DNA from: Takakia lepidozioides
Taxonomy: Eukaryota > Plantae > Bryophyta
Length of the DNA stretch: 64,000 bases
Direction: 5' to 3'
Assembly (NCBI GenBank): GCA_030704615.1
Contig: CM060734.1
Location: 248,001-312,000, forward strand
Shown here piece after piece: positions 36,891-49,578 of this stretch; position 1 is the first letter of the stretch, and each line of letters begins with the position of its first letter. The notes under the pieces are model-generated. The model had not been told where the DNA came from, made no database searches, and saw only the letters and a program-made list of their open reading frames with translations. Made by a program: the position numbers and the translations under genes.

Positions 36891-38501
36891 CAACTCGCAG
36901 ACGCCCGTTATGTCAGCCAACCCTTAGACACACCTAGAATCCAAATACATACCACAGAGTGCAACGCAGACAAAGATATTATGCATGGCCCCCTTATATG
37001 CCCCAAACCTCTACTATCCGATATCTACACACTTAATGGCAGCTTCGCCGGTTCCATTTCCAATATACGACTCACATGGCTCTGGTACAAATACTCCACC
37101 TCCACCACACATACCAACCTGCACCCGCCGAAACAAGACTTTGCCACGGAGATCACTTGGCTTCTCAATTGCTATATTAGCGATACCCCCACTAAGAAGC
37201 CGCGTACCCTCAGCAAACTATCTCAAGCCTGCTCCCATGTCACCCTCCCACACGACATACTAAAATTCCTCATCACCTCACTTAAACTAACGCACTCTTA
37301 TTATTCCAGCCCACTTACCTACCCCATGGAGCTCTCTTCATACGATAGCCCCCATCCCCAGGACTGTATATTTGGCGCATTAGGAGCCGCTACCGAGCAC
37401 ACATGGGCAGGAGGCGGCCTGGCCCACCCACCCGCAGGGCCTCTCGCTCACGAAGCCCTTCAATGGGCTAGGCATTCTCTACACTCCTCTCCCTCCACCT
37501 CCACCATTCTCATCCTAACCCAACAACAAACCCCTGAGCACAAACACCCCCTACTCCAATATCCTCCTGGTGTCACTCCATTAGTGGCCATTGAACCCAA
37601 ACAACTTCGATACGCACACAATTTACCCTTCCCAAAATATCTGCACCACAAAGAACCTACCCTCACAATCATCTTACTTATCCACAATGCCTCTTATACC
37701 CATGTACCTCCAGACTTCCTCGACAACCTCAAACTCCTCCTGACCGGCACTCGTGGCATGATGCTCACATCCCTCCCCCCCCCCCACCCATACACAACCC
37801 ACCCTATAGACCAAAACCACACAAAAACTGGACTCAGACCCCTCCTTGTCCCCTCTTCCAATCAATACCGCCCTAGTTAATGCACCCCCGATTCACATAG
37901 GCCCTATTACCCCTAAATATCCCCCAGCACACGCCCACTACACAGATGGCTCCCACTCCGGCGTCTATGCCGGCTATGGGGTATACCACGCCGCCACTAA
38001 CAAGGGAATCGCCCACCGGCTCCCAGGGCCGGCGACCATATTACATGCTGAACTTATGGCCATCTGCGAAGTCCTCTCTCAACTTAACACATTCCCTTCA
38101 CCATATTACATTTTCATAGACAGCCTAAACTCACTTTTCCTCCTACGTAACCACATTGCATGCCCATCCTCCCACCTCCACCATCCGGACCGTAATCTCA
38201 TCTCCGTAATCATAGCCCTCGCTATCCAATCAACAAACCCATTCAATTCCATAAAGTCAGATCACATACTGGAATCACCGGGAACGAGGAGGCTGACCTC
38301 CTTGCCCAACTGGGGGCTTCCCAACCCCCAATAGAACCTCCCGCAGACCCCATCCACATTGCACACACGTACCTTTTCTGGCTAATACACCCAATCCCAA
38401 GCCCTCCTGACCCTAAACCTATCCGTAACCTCCGATCTACACTATCTAAGGAAGCCAACAAACAAGCCACTGCATCTCTCAGTCGCACCAAACAATACAT
38501 C
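36891..38501 (+). pseudogene. Inverted block 2: LINE copy 2 PCIF1-like domain (37245-37690) and RNase H (37930-38320)
   Basis: LPHDILKFL...YYSSPLT...YDSPHPQDCIFGALG...GLAHPP; YTDGS, AELMAI, IFIDS, SHTGITGNEEAD. Confidence 0.85.
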
Positions 38502-39383
38502 GGTTTGTGAGGTGTGTTGTTGATGAGTGTGTGCTAGATAGTTGGTGTTAGTTGTTTTGTGAAAGTTTATGAGGAGTGTATGGTTATGTGCTGGGTCACA
38601 ATCATCATGCGATCCAAATAGGTCGTCTTCTATTTGCCAGGTGTTATCTTCTGCGGGAAATACCTCCCATTTACATAAGTAATAGGTGTCAATGTAGGTT
38701 GCGCCGTGGGGGTCGAGTGATGTTTGGGTTTTAATGCCAAGGATAGCCTCTATGACATAGGCTTCGGGGTGATCTGGGTCCGGAGGGTGGTGGCGAGTTT
38801 GTGGAGTGGTGGTTATTGTGGGGCTAGGGCGGGGTGTTTGTTGAGGTGTATTGGGTGGGGTGGTAGGTATGGCGGGAGGTATGGTGGGGGAGGGGGTGTG
38901 CGGGGAGGGGGTGTGCACGGAGGTGTGTGCTGGTGTATGAAGAGAGGCTTGAAGGAGTTGTAATATTGATGGGGCTGGGGCAGTTCTGAATTATGGGAGA
39001 AGATCTTGTTTGTTGTGTGGGTAGAGTGTGCAGGGGAGGTCGCATGTTAAGGTGCAGGAGGGAGATGGGTGGCAGAAAAGGGAGCGGAGGTGTAGTAAGT
39101 ATCGACGAGTTTTGATCGTGGCCCTGGAGTGCTTTAAGGTAAATTGGCATGGGGTTAAGAGTCGATTGCCGCTGGCTGTGGTGAGTTGGACCAGGTTAGT
39201 AATATGGCGGGCTTTAAAGTAAGCAAGGACATGGTTCTTTTGTTTAGGGTGTGAGACTTCAAATTGTGAAGAAAAGGGGCTGTTACGCCATGCGAGTGCA
39301 AGTGGGGATATAGAGGTGGGGTGTCCAGGGAGATCGGTATGAACGCTTATCTTCGTTTGGCGCAGGATGAGATGTAGGGCAAA
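38502..39383 (-). pseudogene. LINE copy 2 post-RT region and chromodomain (38560-38765)
   Basis: AYVIEAILG...YYLCKWEVFPAEDNTWQIEDDL; homologous to 33380-34225. Confidence 0.87.
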
Positions 39384-39900
39384 CGTCGCGCACCTCACTT
39401 CGGTAAGCTCCCCTTCACGTCATAGTTACTTGCTTTGATGCGCGCGCCTAACTCCCAAACTGGCCGCCGGGCCAACTCGGAGCTTCGGCTGCTCACCGGG
39501 ACATAATGGTCCCCTTTTGCTCCTCCACAAGACCCTCGCTCACTTTGGGCCTAGTGGAAATTCCCTTTGGTTGTTGGCAGACTGGAACAGCTCCCCACAC
39601 CTTGGTCACTTTCCGGCTCGCACGCTTACTCACTAGGTTTTGGTCACAACGGGCTTGCACCGTTCTCGGGGTTACTACTCCCTACATGTACTTCTGTGAC
39701 TGTCCGCGGGGGTTTCACAAACAACATCGTCCTTTTATGGCAAACTACCACGAAGACCCTTGACTCCCGGTGATGAGTCGCGGTGAGTCTTGGCCCACCC
39801 ACCACGGCCCCAATGGACCTTGATGAGTCCCAAGACTCCCCACGACTCCCACCACAAGGTCTCCGCCCCATGGTGAGTCCTCTGCCACCCCCACTAAGAC
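39384..39900 (-). mobile_element. Partial chromovirus LTR in inverted orientation
   Basis: Diverged reverse complement of ~40110-40630. Confidence 0.88.
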
Positions 39901-40685
39901 TGTCGCGGCCCTTTGCCTTGAGGGCAGGGGGTCGGGACACACGAGGGGCTGCCCTTGTGGTGGGGGCAGCGGCAGCGATAGGTATGGGGGGGCTGAAGCA
40001 CCCTTGAGTGCCCAAGGCACTCAGGGAAGCGGAGGCGCTCATTAGGTGGAGCCCCGCACACCGGGTTGCGGTGGGGGTGGCTCCACAAGGGGTGGTGGTA
40101 GCTTAGCGGGACTTAGTGGGGGTGGCATAGGACTCACCATGGGGGCGGAGACCTCGTGGTGGGAGTCGTGGGGAGTCTTGGGACTCATCACGGTCCATAG
40201 GGGCCGTGGTGAGTGGGCCAAGACTCACCGCGACTCATCACCGGGAGTCGAGGGTTTTCGTGGTGGTTCGCCATAAAATGGCATGGCTGGTTGTGAAACC
40301 CCCGCAGACAGCTACAGAAGTATATATAAGGGGAGTAGTGACCCCGAGAACGGTGCAAGCCCGTTGGTGACCAAAAACTAGTGAGTAAGCGACCGAGCCG
40401 GAAAGCGACCAAAGAGTGGGGAGCTGTTCCGGACTACCATCTACCAAAAGGGAATTCGCCTAGTCCCAAATAGGTGGAGGGTTTAGTGGGAAGCAAAGGG
40501 GGACCGTTATGTCCCGGTGAGCAGCCGAAGCTCCAAGTTGGCCCGGGCGGCCAGGTTGGGAGTCAGGCGCGCGCATCAAAGCGAGTAACTATGACTTGAA
40601 GGGGAGCTTACCGAAGTGAGGTGCGCGACACTTTGTATCAGAGCTTAGAGTTCAGTACGCGATCGTCCTTGGGATTGGCCTCATC

Positions 40686-41770
40686 ATGGGGTCGGGCAAG
40701 CCAAAGCGAAAGCGGAACGGCCCAAAAGATGATGATCCTGGTGAGTCCGATGGGGGCGACGTGTCACCGAAGCGGCTGTTTGAGGAAGCGACGCAAGTTT
40801 CTGAAAGCGAGGCCGCTCAAGAGCGGGAGGAATCCGAGGAGTCGGAGCCCGAGGAATCCGTGAGAGCTCCGACCGACCAACAGATGCCTCCCATGCCGGC
40901 AGCCTTTTGGGAAGGGTTGTTGGCGCAGTTTGGCGGGACGTTGAAAGACGTGTTGAAGGCGGCTAATGCCACTTCCACTAAGACAAAGTTTAAGGTGAAG
41001 CCTAAGGAACCCGGCACCTTCGAGGGCGTCCGAAATCGGAAGGCACTCAACACCTGGCTCCTGGAGCTAGAGCATTACTTCCGGGCGGCCAAGTTGAGTG
41101 ACGAGGATCGGGTGGAAGTGGCTCCCACCTATTTGAGGGGCTATGCTCAACAATGGTGGCAGAAACGCCTTCACGACCGAGGCCCAAGCCCAGAAACCTT
41201 GAACTGGAGTGGGATCAAGGAATTGATGAAGAGACAGTTTGTGCCCCTCAACGCGTCATGGCTTGCTTGGGACAAGATGAGGAATTTGAAGCAAACAGAT
41301 GACATTCGGGGGTATGTCCAGGCTTTCAATGTGCTGTTGCTCAAAGTCGCGGACATGGCAGAACCAAAATGGTCTTCAACTTTGTGGCGGGACTGGCCCC
41401 ATGGGCCAGGCGGAAGTTGGAAGAGAAGCCACCCAAGACTTTGAACGAGGCAATTGAGAGGGCTGAATGTTTCTCGGATGTCCCTAGGGGTGAGAGACAA
41501 GGCCGTACGGAGCTGAACCACAAGAAGACCCGGCGGGAAGGTGACTCCTCCTGACCGGAAAAGAAGTGGGATAGGCCACGCGGCGACAATGGCACGTGGA
41601 AATCAAAGGGAGGGCCTTCACACGTCAAGGCGGCACCCGGTGCTTCGAAAGGAAAAGCGGGTGGAGCGGCTTATGGCGGACAGAAGGCGACCTTTGATGG
41701 AGTGTGTTTCAATTGCGGGGAGCCCGGGCACATGGCCAAGAAGTGCACAAAACCTCGACAATTGAACATG
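40686..41770 (+). pseudogene. gag: Chromovirus gag with CCHC knuckle (frameshifted)
   Basis: PGTFEG...WLLELEHYF...YLRGYAQQWW...LKQ; CFNCGEPGHMAKKC. Confidence 0.9.
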
Positions 41771-41899
41771 ACTCGGGCAACCACGGAGCTGTCGGAAGAT
41801 ACCATCAGTCGCTTGGTGGAAGCGGTGGTCGCCAGGACTTGCAAGGTAGGCAACTATTCTTGTGAGTTGTATCAGGAAACTGGCGCCCAGCGTAAAGGG

Positions 41900-44800
41900 A
41901 GTCAATTATTGTTCGTGGATGGGATAATATCCGGAACTAACGTGTCGTTGTGGGTGGACACAGGAGCGTCGCACTCCTTCATGACGCCGGCGGCAGCGCG
42001 AAAGTTGGGACTCCCGACAAGTGACGTGGGGGCCTCTATTGAGGTGCGTTCTGCCAAAGGAAAACCACAGTTGGCGACAAGGTTGGCGTTTGATGTTCCT
42101 CTTCAACTGGGGAGTTGGGAGGGACGTGAGAACTTCACCATCTGCGAGATCGATGGAGTGGATCTCATTTTGGGGATGACCTTTTTGAGCAAATCCGGAG
42201 CGGTCATAGATGGCCGCAAGAGAGTAGTCACGCTGCCATGTGGGAATGGTGGCGAGGTTTTACGAGTGTCGGAAATGCCCAAATCCGTGGGAGGGCGAAT
42301 AAACCTTCTGTCAGCAAAGGAGTGGGCCGTGGAGGAGGCACACGAGCCCCAATTTTGCTTTACATTAGAGAAGTGAAAGGAGAAGGCGATGGGGAGCCGA
42401 GCCCAGATTGGATCAATGGGATTTTGGAGAAATACCAGGATGTGATGCCGGAGGATTTACGAAGCGGCTTGCCACCGCGAAGAGGAGTTGACCACAAGAT
42501 TGAGGTGATACCGGGATCGGAACCGCCTGCCAAGGCGCCCTACCGGTTGATCCACAGAGAGTTGGTCGAGCTGAAGACTCAGCTCAAGGATCTAATGTCA
42601 AAGGGGTACATCCGGCCGAGTAAGTCACCTTACGGAGCCCCGGTGCTATTTGCAGATAAAAAGGATGGGACTCTGCGGATGTGTGTCGATTACAGGGCTC
42701 TGAATAAGGTGACTATCAAAAACCGGTACCCTTTGCCAAGGATCGACGACCTTTTCGATCGGTTGGCAGGAGCGAAGTATTTCAGCCGGATCGATCTTGC
42801 GCTCCGGCTATCATCAAATTCGAGTGGCGGAAGGAGATGAGGAGAAGACCGCGTGCAGGACAAGGTATGGTTCATATGAGTTCTTGGTGATGCCTTTTGG
42901 GCTCACCAATGCACCAGCGACATTTAGCACGCTGATGAACAGCCTTTTACAGGAGTGGTTGGATGACTTTGTGATCGTGTACATCGACGACATCTTGGTG
43001 TATTCGAAAACAAAGGAGGAGCACCTGGAGCACCTCAAAAGGGTGTTCCAGAAATTGCGAGAAGGGAAGCTGTATGCCGAAGCTTCAAAGTGCGAATTCG
43101 GGGTCACAAAAGTGGAGTTCCTGGGGCATGTGATTACACAGGATGGGATCAAAATGGATGACAGAAAGGTGAGGGCGATCTTGGACTGGGAGCCTCCGAC
43201 TTCGGTCCCGGGAGTGCGATCCTTCCTAGGACTCGCCTCCTATTACCGGAAGTATGTGAGAAATTTTGCCAAGATTGCGGGGCCGCTGTCAGACCTTCTG
43301 TGTAAATCTAAAGTCTGGGCATGGAACACCTTTTGTGGCCAAGCTTTTGCTGAATTGAAGCAGCGGATGGCGGAAGCTCCAGTCTTGAAAATCCCGGAGT
43401 TCGATCGTCCGTTCGAGATACATACAGATGCGTCGGACTTCGCGATTGGGGGTGTACTGATGCAAGATGGACGTCCAGTGGCTTACGAAAGTAAGAAACT
43501 GAATGAAGTGGAGCGACGGTGGCCGACGCACGAGAAAGAGATGAAGGTGGTGGTGCATTGTCTTGAGCTTTGGCGCCACTATGTTGGTTCCAACCCAGTG
43601 AAGGTGTTCACGGACAATGTCACGGTGAAGTATTTTGCCACGCAGCCCAAGTTGTCCCCAAAACAACTTAGGTGGCAAGATACTTTGGCGGTGTTCGACG
43701 TGGATATCCAGTACAAACCGGGACGAGACAACGTGGTGGCCGATGCTTTAAGTAGAAAGCAGCAGCTCTTGTTGGTGTACAAGGGCGAGACGGCGCTCCA
43801 AAGGAAGATCCGGAAGGCTTGCCGGAAGGATGAGCTGGCAAAGTCCGTGATGCAGGACTTGAGGAAGGGGGGTAAATCGCAGTCCCACTTGCAAAATGGA
43901 CTGCTCCGGTATAAGCAAAAACGTCTCTACGTGCCGAAGGGAGGGATCAGAGATAGTCTCTTGAGAGAATGTCATGATAGCCCGCTTGCGGGCCACGGCG
44001 GAGCCAAGCGCACTACGGCACTCTTGAAGAAAGAGTATTTCTGGCCCAAACTGAGGCAGGAAGCAGAGGAGTATGTCAAGACATGCACCACATGCCAACA
44101 AAACCGGAGCGAGTACAAAAAGCAAGCGGGGCTGTTACAACCTTTGCCAATTCCAGAAGGGACTTGGGAAAGCGTCTCGATGGATTTCATGACTGCTATG
44201 CCGCTGTCAAAAGGATTCGATGCAATCATGGTGGTGGTGGATAGGTTCAGTAAAATGGGCCATTTCATCCCCACCAAGGAGACGGCAACGGCGCAGGAGA
44301 CAGGGCGACTTTACTTCGCCCACGTCTTAAAACATCATGGAGTCCCGAAGGATATTGTCTCGGACCGCGATCCAAAGTTTACGAGTAAATTTTGGAGGGC
44401 ACTTTGGAAGAAGATGGGGACGAGGCTGAAGATGAGCACCGCCTTCCGACCTACGACCGACGGCCAAACAGAAAGGGTGAATTCCGTAGTGAAGCAGATC
44501 TTGCTGAATTACGTGTCGGCAGACCAAACAGACTGGGTGGAACACTTAGACACGGCAGAGTTCTGTTATAATAACACAGAACACTCCGCAACGGGAGTTT
44601 CCCCTTTCGTATTGGTCTATGGAAAAGCACCTCTGGTGCCGACAAGTTGGGCCGCCCAGGACGTTGAGGAACCGGCAGTAGCGGCGGTACTGGAAGAACG
44701 CGAGCGTTTGTTGAAGCTCGCAAAGTACAATATTGCCAAAGCTAGGAAACGGTATGAAAGGCAGGCGAATCGGAAGCGGAGGGAAGTGAAGTTTGAGGCA

Positions 44801-45247
44801 GGCACAGAGGTCTGGTTGAACATCAAGAATTTCCGACTACCTCCGGAAGTGAGTCCGAAGTTCGTACCTCCGTATGCGGGACCCTTTCGCATTCGGAAGG
44901 TTATGAATGAGGATGTGTATGAATTGGAGCTGCCGGCAAACAGCAAGGTGCACCCAGTATTCCATGTCTCCCTTTTGAAGCCTTACTTCAAAGATGAAGC
45001 GCGTCCGAATCGGCATCAAGTGTTGCGTCCGCCACCTATGCTTGTTGGATCATGAAAATGAACCGAGTACGAGGTGGAGGCAATACTTTAGTCGAGGAGG
45101 TTCAGGAACCGAGAAACGGAGTATCTCGTCAAATGGAAGGGCTATCATCATGTGGAGGCATCTTGGGTGCGTGCCTCAGAAATGGGAAACGCATCCGAGG
45201 CGGTTGCAGCTTTCGAAGGGCGACCTCAAAAGCGGAAGAAGCGTTGA
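41900..45247 (+). pseudogene. pol: Chromovirus pol: PR, RT, RNase H, integrase, chromodomain (a few frameshifts)
   Basis: VDTGASHSF; YIDD; TDASD; [16 protein letters not shown]; GPF; YEVEAIL...YLVKWKGY...ASW. Confidence 0.95.
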
Positions 45248-46558
45248 TGGGGACATCAACCTTGGAGCGTGGGGGAGGAAATGCATGCTTAGCCCGGCTA
45301 AGCTAGCTTAGGAATCCAATTGCAAAAACTTGTATTGTACAAAACGTGCTATAAATGAAATGGATTCCAAATGTTGTGCGTCCTATTTTGTTTGGAATGG
45401 TGATGCATGGTATGGTTGGCTAGTGTGTAGAATGCATGCTAGCTTATAAAAGTGGGAGAGGTAAATTGGGTTAATCGTGTGTTTGCGTAGTGCCGAAATC
45501 GGGTGACCCCCATCCAAGGGGCAAGGAAACTTGCGCCTTCTTTGGGAGTTCACGTGCTAGTGCGCACCTGGCGCGTGCGCGTACTATAATTGTGCTACCG
45601 AGGGGGTTGCCTTGTAGTGCGGGCTAACGCGGAAGCTACGTGCTTCCGTTCACGTACTATAATCGTGTAGCCTCGGGACGAAGTCGTAGTGCGGCTTCGG
45701 CGTGTTCCCGTACCTCAGGCCAGCATTCCAAGGCGGACCCAATTGTAGTGATTGGGGCGCACGGTTGGTTCAAGGTTATCTTCCTAGTCAAAGAGGGTTC
45801 CAAGGAACCCTTGCTCAAGGTGATGCCAAAAGCGGCATCATGAGCGGTCGCAAGCAATGTTGTTGCAGTAAGGCGATTCGATCCTCGGGGAGGATCGTTC
45901 CTTGGCCTTGAAGTAGGCCAAGAAGAGTGCACTGGGAGGAGCTGGAGAGGCTCCACCCTTGGCCGGGACTTGGAGGAAGTCGGCCGAACTAGCTAGTGGA
46001 GAGTAGAGTCAAGTGTGGGGTTTGGTTCTTTGCCATGGGACGCCATGGTACGGAAACAAACTCCTTGATGTGGGACGCCACAACTTGGATGTTCGTTTCT
46101 ACAAAATGGACAAGTCGATGAGGAGATCGACTCCCTGTTGGTAGGGGTGTGTGTCGCGGCCCTTTGCCTTGAGGGCAGGGGGTTGGGACACACGAGGGGC
46201 TGCCCCTGTGGTGGGGGCAGCGGCAGCGATAGGTATGGGGGGGCTGAAGCACCCTTGAGTGCCCAAGGCACTCAGGGAAGCGGAGGCGCTCACTAGATGA
46301 AGCCCCGCACACCGGGTTGTGGTGGGGGTGGCTCCACAAGGGGTGGTGGTAGCTTAGCGGGACTTAGTGGGGGTGGCATAGGACTCACCATGGGGGCAGA
46401 GACCTCGTGGTGGGAGTCGTGGGGAGTCTTGGGACTCATCACGGTCCATAGGGGCCGTGGTGAGTGGGCCAAGACTCACCGCGACTCATCACCGGGAGTC
46501 GAGGGTTTTTGTGGTGGTTCGCCATAAAATGGCATGGCTGGTTGTGAAACCCCCGCAG

Positions 46559-49000
46559 CGGCAGTGGCATTTGTGCTGGGAAGTCTCTCTCCCTCCCTTC
46601 TATTGCCTTGCGAGTTTGCCTGCTTTGCTTCATTGCTCATGTGCTTTGTGGAGGCGACTTGCCGCGGGTGGTGATGGCACATAACCCTCTTCCCCAATCG
46701 CTTAAGGTGCCTTTGGAGTTTAGGGATCCTTGTGTTCTTATCTTCTTCTCTTGCTTTTGAGATTCTTAGTTGACATCGATGACAAGTGTGAGGGTCTGTG
46801 ATTCACCCGGGGTTCCACAATCCTCACTAATCCGTTGATTTTGTGGGGGCTTGTGATGGGACCAGGTGAGGATCCTCACTTACTTTGAAATTTCTTGAGC
46901 ATGCAGTTGGGGATATGGGCTGAGGAGACCTATAAGTTATCGCGCCTTGAAGTGGCTGCTGCCTGCAGCCCCAAATTCAACCCGACTGCTCCTGGTTTGG
47001 CATGCTACAGCCTATGTTTTGGCTTTTGTTGTTCTGTCGTCAATGGGGCAGCTCCACCTGTCTGGTCTGTCTCTTGAGGCCTGCATACAGACCATACCAT
47101 GTCTTTTGATCCTTGACAACAGGGCCTGTGGATTAATGAGCTAGGTTGTAATTTCTTTGGGCCATAGAGGATCTGGTTTTATGGGGGCTGCCTCGGCGGG
47201 TTTGGGACTCTAAGGACGTGGTGGCCTTGAATGTTATGGCGGCAGCCTGATAAGGCACCGACCTGCTCGTTTTCGGGCCTGTTTTTGGTGTGTGATGGAT
47301 CATAGTGAGGTGTTCTTTGCAAGCTTTAACATGGACCTCTTGAAGGATGAGGATGGTAAGCTGTAATGGAATCCTACCTATAGTTTTGGCCTTGTCATGA
47401 CATCAGGTCTATGACCTGCAATCTGAGTTTTTTATGTGCCAAAGAGGCTGGATCTCGGTCGTTCAAGTTGCTTGTGTGTACAAGTCTTGAAGTTGCAATT
47501 TGACAAGCTGAATTCACATTCCCTTGACACCTTGTATGATTACATGTCTCGGGGTGAGTACAAATGGTATGGAATCTATTTCATCATGCCCAAGTAGGAG
47601 TGCTTGGAGGCATGTTTTGATTCCAGGCTGGTCCTTATGCCTTGCTTGATGCATGATAAGGTAGGCTACTGCTAATTATTTTGTCATACCCAAGATGTTT
47701 GCTTGAAGGGCATGTCTTGAATCTGTAATATTGTAGGCTGGTTTCACATACCCAAGATGTTTTGCTCTATGCATGTCTTGTTGTAATTGTGATGCCAAGA
47801 AAGGGTATGACAGGCTGCAGCAATCTGTTTTTTCAGAACACAAGATGCTTGCTTATACGCTTGTCTTGTTGTCATGACCTGTACATGAACAAACCCTGCC
47901 CTCCCACCCTGTTTTATCAAGAATGATTAGGTGATGTCAATTCATGGGAAGCTATGACAAGAATGGAAATGTTAGATGGTGCCCTGTTTTGGGCTGTTTA
48001 TGTCTTTAATTGACAATGACCCTAGTAGGATCTTGTCCATGTCTTGACATGACGTGAATATCTTCCCACTCTTCCTTTTCCAGTGTACTTGGTGGTTCTT
48101 GTACACACCATCTACCACTTTCCTTTTTGGTTATTTCTTCATCATGTTGATATACTAATATGGTTTGTTTCTGGCCTGGCAGAAGGTCCCTCCATGACAA
48201 AGATATGGAGCAATGACCTTCATAAGGTATGTCCTCCAGCAAAAACTTGTTGGTGAATTTGGGCACGCAGGTCTTTGAGATAAACATAGTGCTTTTGAGG
48301 TTTATCTTCATACCGATATATTGAGCTAGGCCCAGGTAAAACCACCTGCAGGAGTATGTGTACACCTTCTACATGATCCGGTCAATGCACACTACTCGTA
48401 TTAGATGGTTTCTTGTAGCTGATGCCTTGTATCAGTTTTAGATACTCTTTGGCTCACATGCTTTCATACCTCTCTACAAGTGGCTTTGCTCTATGTAGCA
48501 CCACTAAATAAATATGCATATGTAATATGCTATGTGCTTATCATACCTTTGGAAAAATTGGCTTTAAAACCAGGATGGTGTATAGATGGGCAGCAGGTTG
48601 CTACCATCCTACCTAACACTTGTTTGTGATCCATGACAACAGAATCTTGTTTCTTGACGATAAAATCCGTCAGGGTAGAAAGGTGTTTTTTATTGTTTTT
48701 CATCCACGGATGAAAAATCAGGCCAAAAAAACCCTATGTTGTCTCTCCCGCTGTCAAAAGCACGAGATGTGCTTCTGAGCTCGCGGCGAGAGTGTTATGG
48801 CGGACGTGCTTTGGTGGCTGCCCCTTTTGTGGTGTCGTACCCGTGTTGGGCGAGCGTCTGGGGATACGCGAAGGCGGCGCCTTGTCTCTCTAGCAGCGGG
48901 AAACACTGCTGTGAATGCAGTGGCATCTTGCCAGTGGCATTTGTGCTGGGAAGTCTCTCTCCCTCCCTTCTATTGCCTTGCGAGTTTGCCTGCTTTGCTT
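46559..49000 (-). repeat. Diverged, inverted ~2.37-kb relative of the macro-repeat
   Basis: ~69-bp direct repeat at 46562 and 48932. 46780-46890 matches 7780-7885 and 48005-48490 matches 9700-10320, both in reverse. Confidence 0.75.
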
Positions 49001-49051
49001 TGTTAACCGCTGGTTTATGACTTAGACAAAACAGGCTATCAGCACTACTGC
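49001..49051 (-). mobile_element. 51-bp terminal fragment of the F2 LTR
   Basis: One mismatch to 24897-24947. Confidence 0.9.
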
Positions 49052-49578
49052 AAAGAGGACAAGAACGGCCGTCAAAAGGGATGAAAGGCGGGCCCATTAA
49101 TGAGTACGGAAAAAGGGAAACGGAACGAACGGCAAGTACAGAAAAGCGGAATTCTTGTCACATGTGTGATCCTAGTGGACTATCCAACAAGGAAAGTCCA
49201 CTAAAGAAGATAAAATCTAAAATCCAGTCACAGCGGATACAGCCAATAGAAAACCAGATAAAGGATCAAGAAAATGGAGGGAAATTGAGCGCAAGAGGCG
49301 GCGTCGTTCTGAGTAACGGGCGTCTCGACAGGACAGACCATCAATGCTATACCTTGGAAACTATGGAGGAACTAACAGACTATACGCTCGCAATATTACT
49401 TACGCAGTGGCATAGACACGAAAGGACAGAGCGGAGCTTTTCTCTTGAGCGATGCTTGCAAGCCCCGCAGGCTTACAAGAAATTACCCATAGCTTTCTGC
49501 GGCAACCATACGTTTATGCTTTGTGCACTACAGGCATTCCTACAGTTGTTACAGCCAAAACAGTCCGGTGAGTCTAAA

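Larger units (their letters stand above)
39901..46558 (+). mobile_element. Chromovirus (Ty3/gypsy) LTR retrotransposon; 5' LTR 39901-40630, truncated 3' LTR 46152-46558
   Basis: TGTCGCG...CGCGACA LTR ends; iMet-type PBS TTGTATCAGAGC (40633-40644, one mismatch); gag-pol with a C-terminal chromodomain. Confidence 0.95.

Noticed and set aside
37420-37440. Calling the LINE methyltransferase-like domain catalytically active
   Set aside because: The motif reads HPPA/HPPT rather than NPPF/Y, so activity cannot be claimed from sequence.
49081-49578. N-terminal 166 aa of the 694-aa ORF
   Set aside because: Homology to the F2 extra ORF starts near the ATG at 49579, so the upstream part is probably open by chance.
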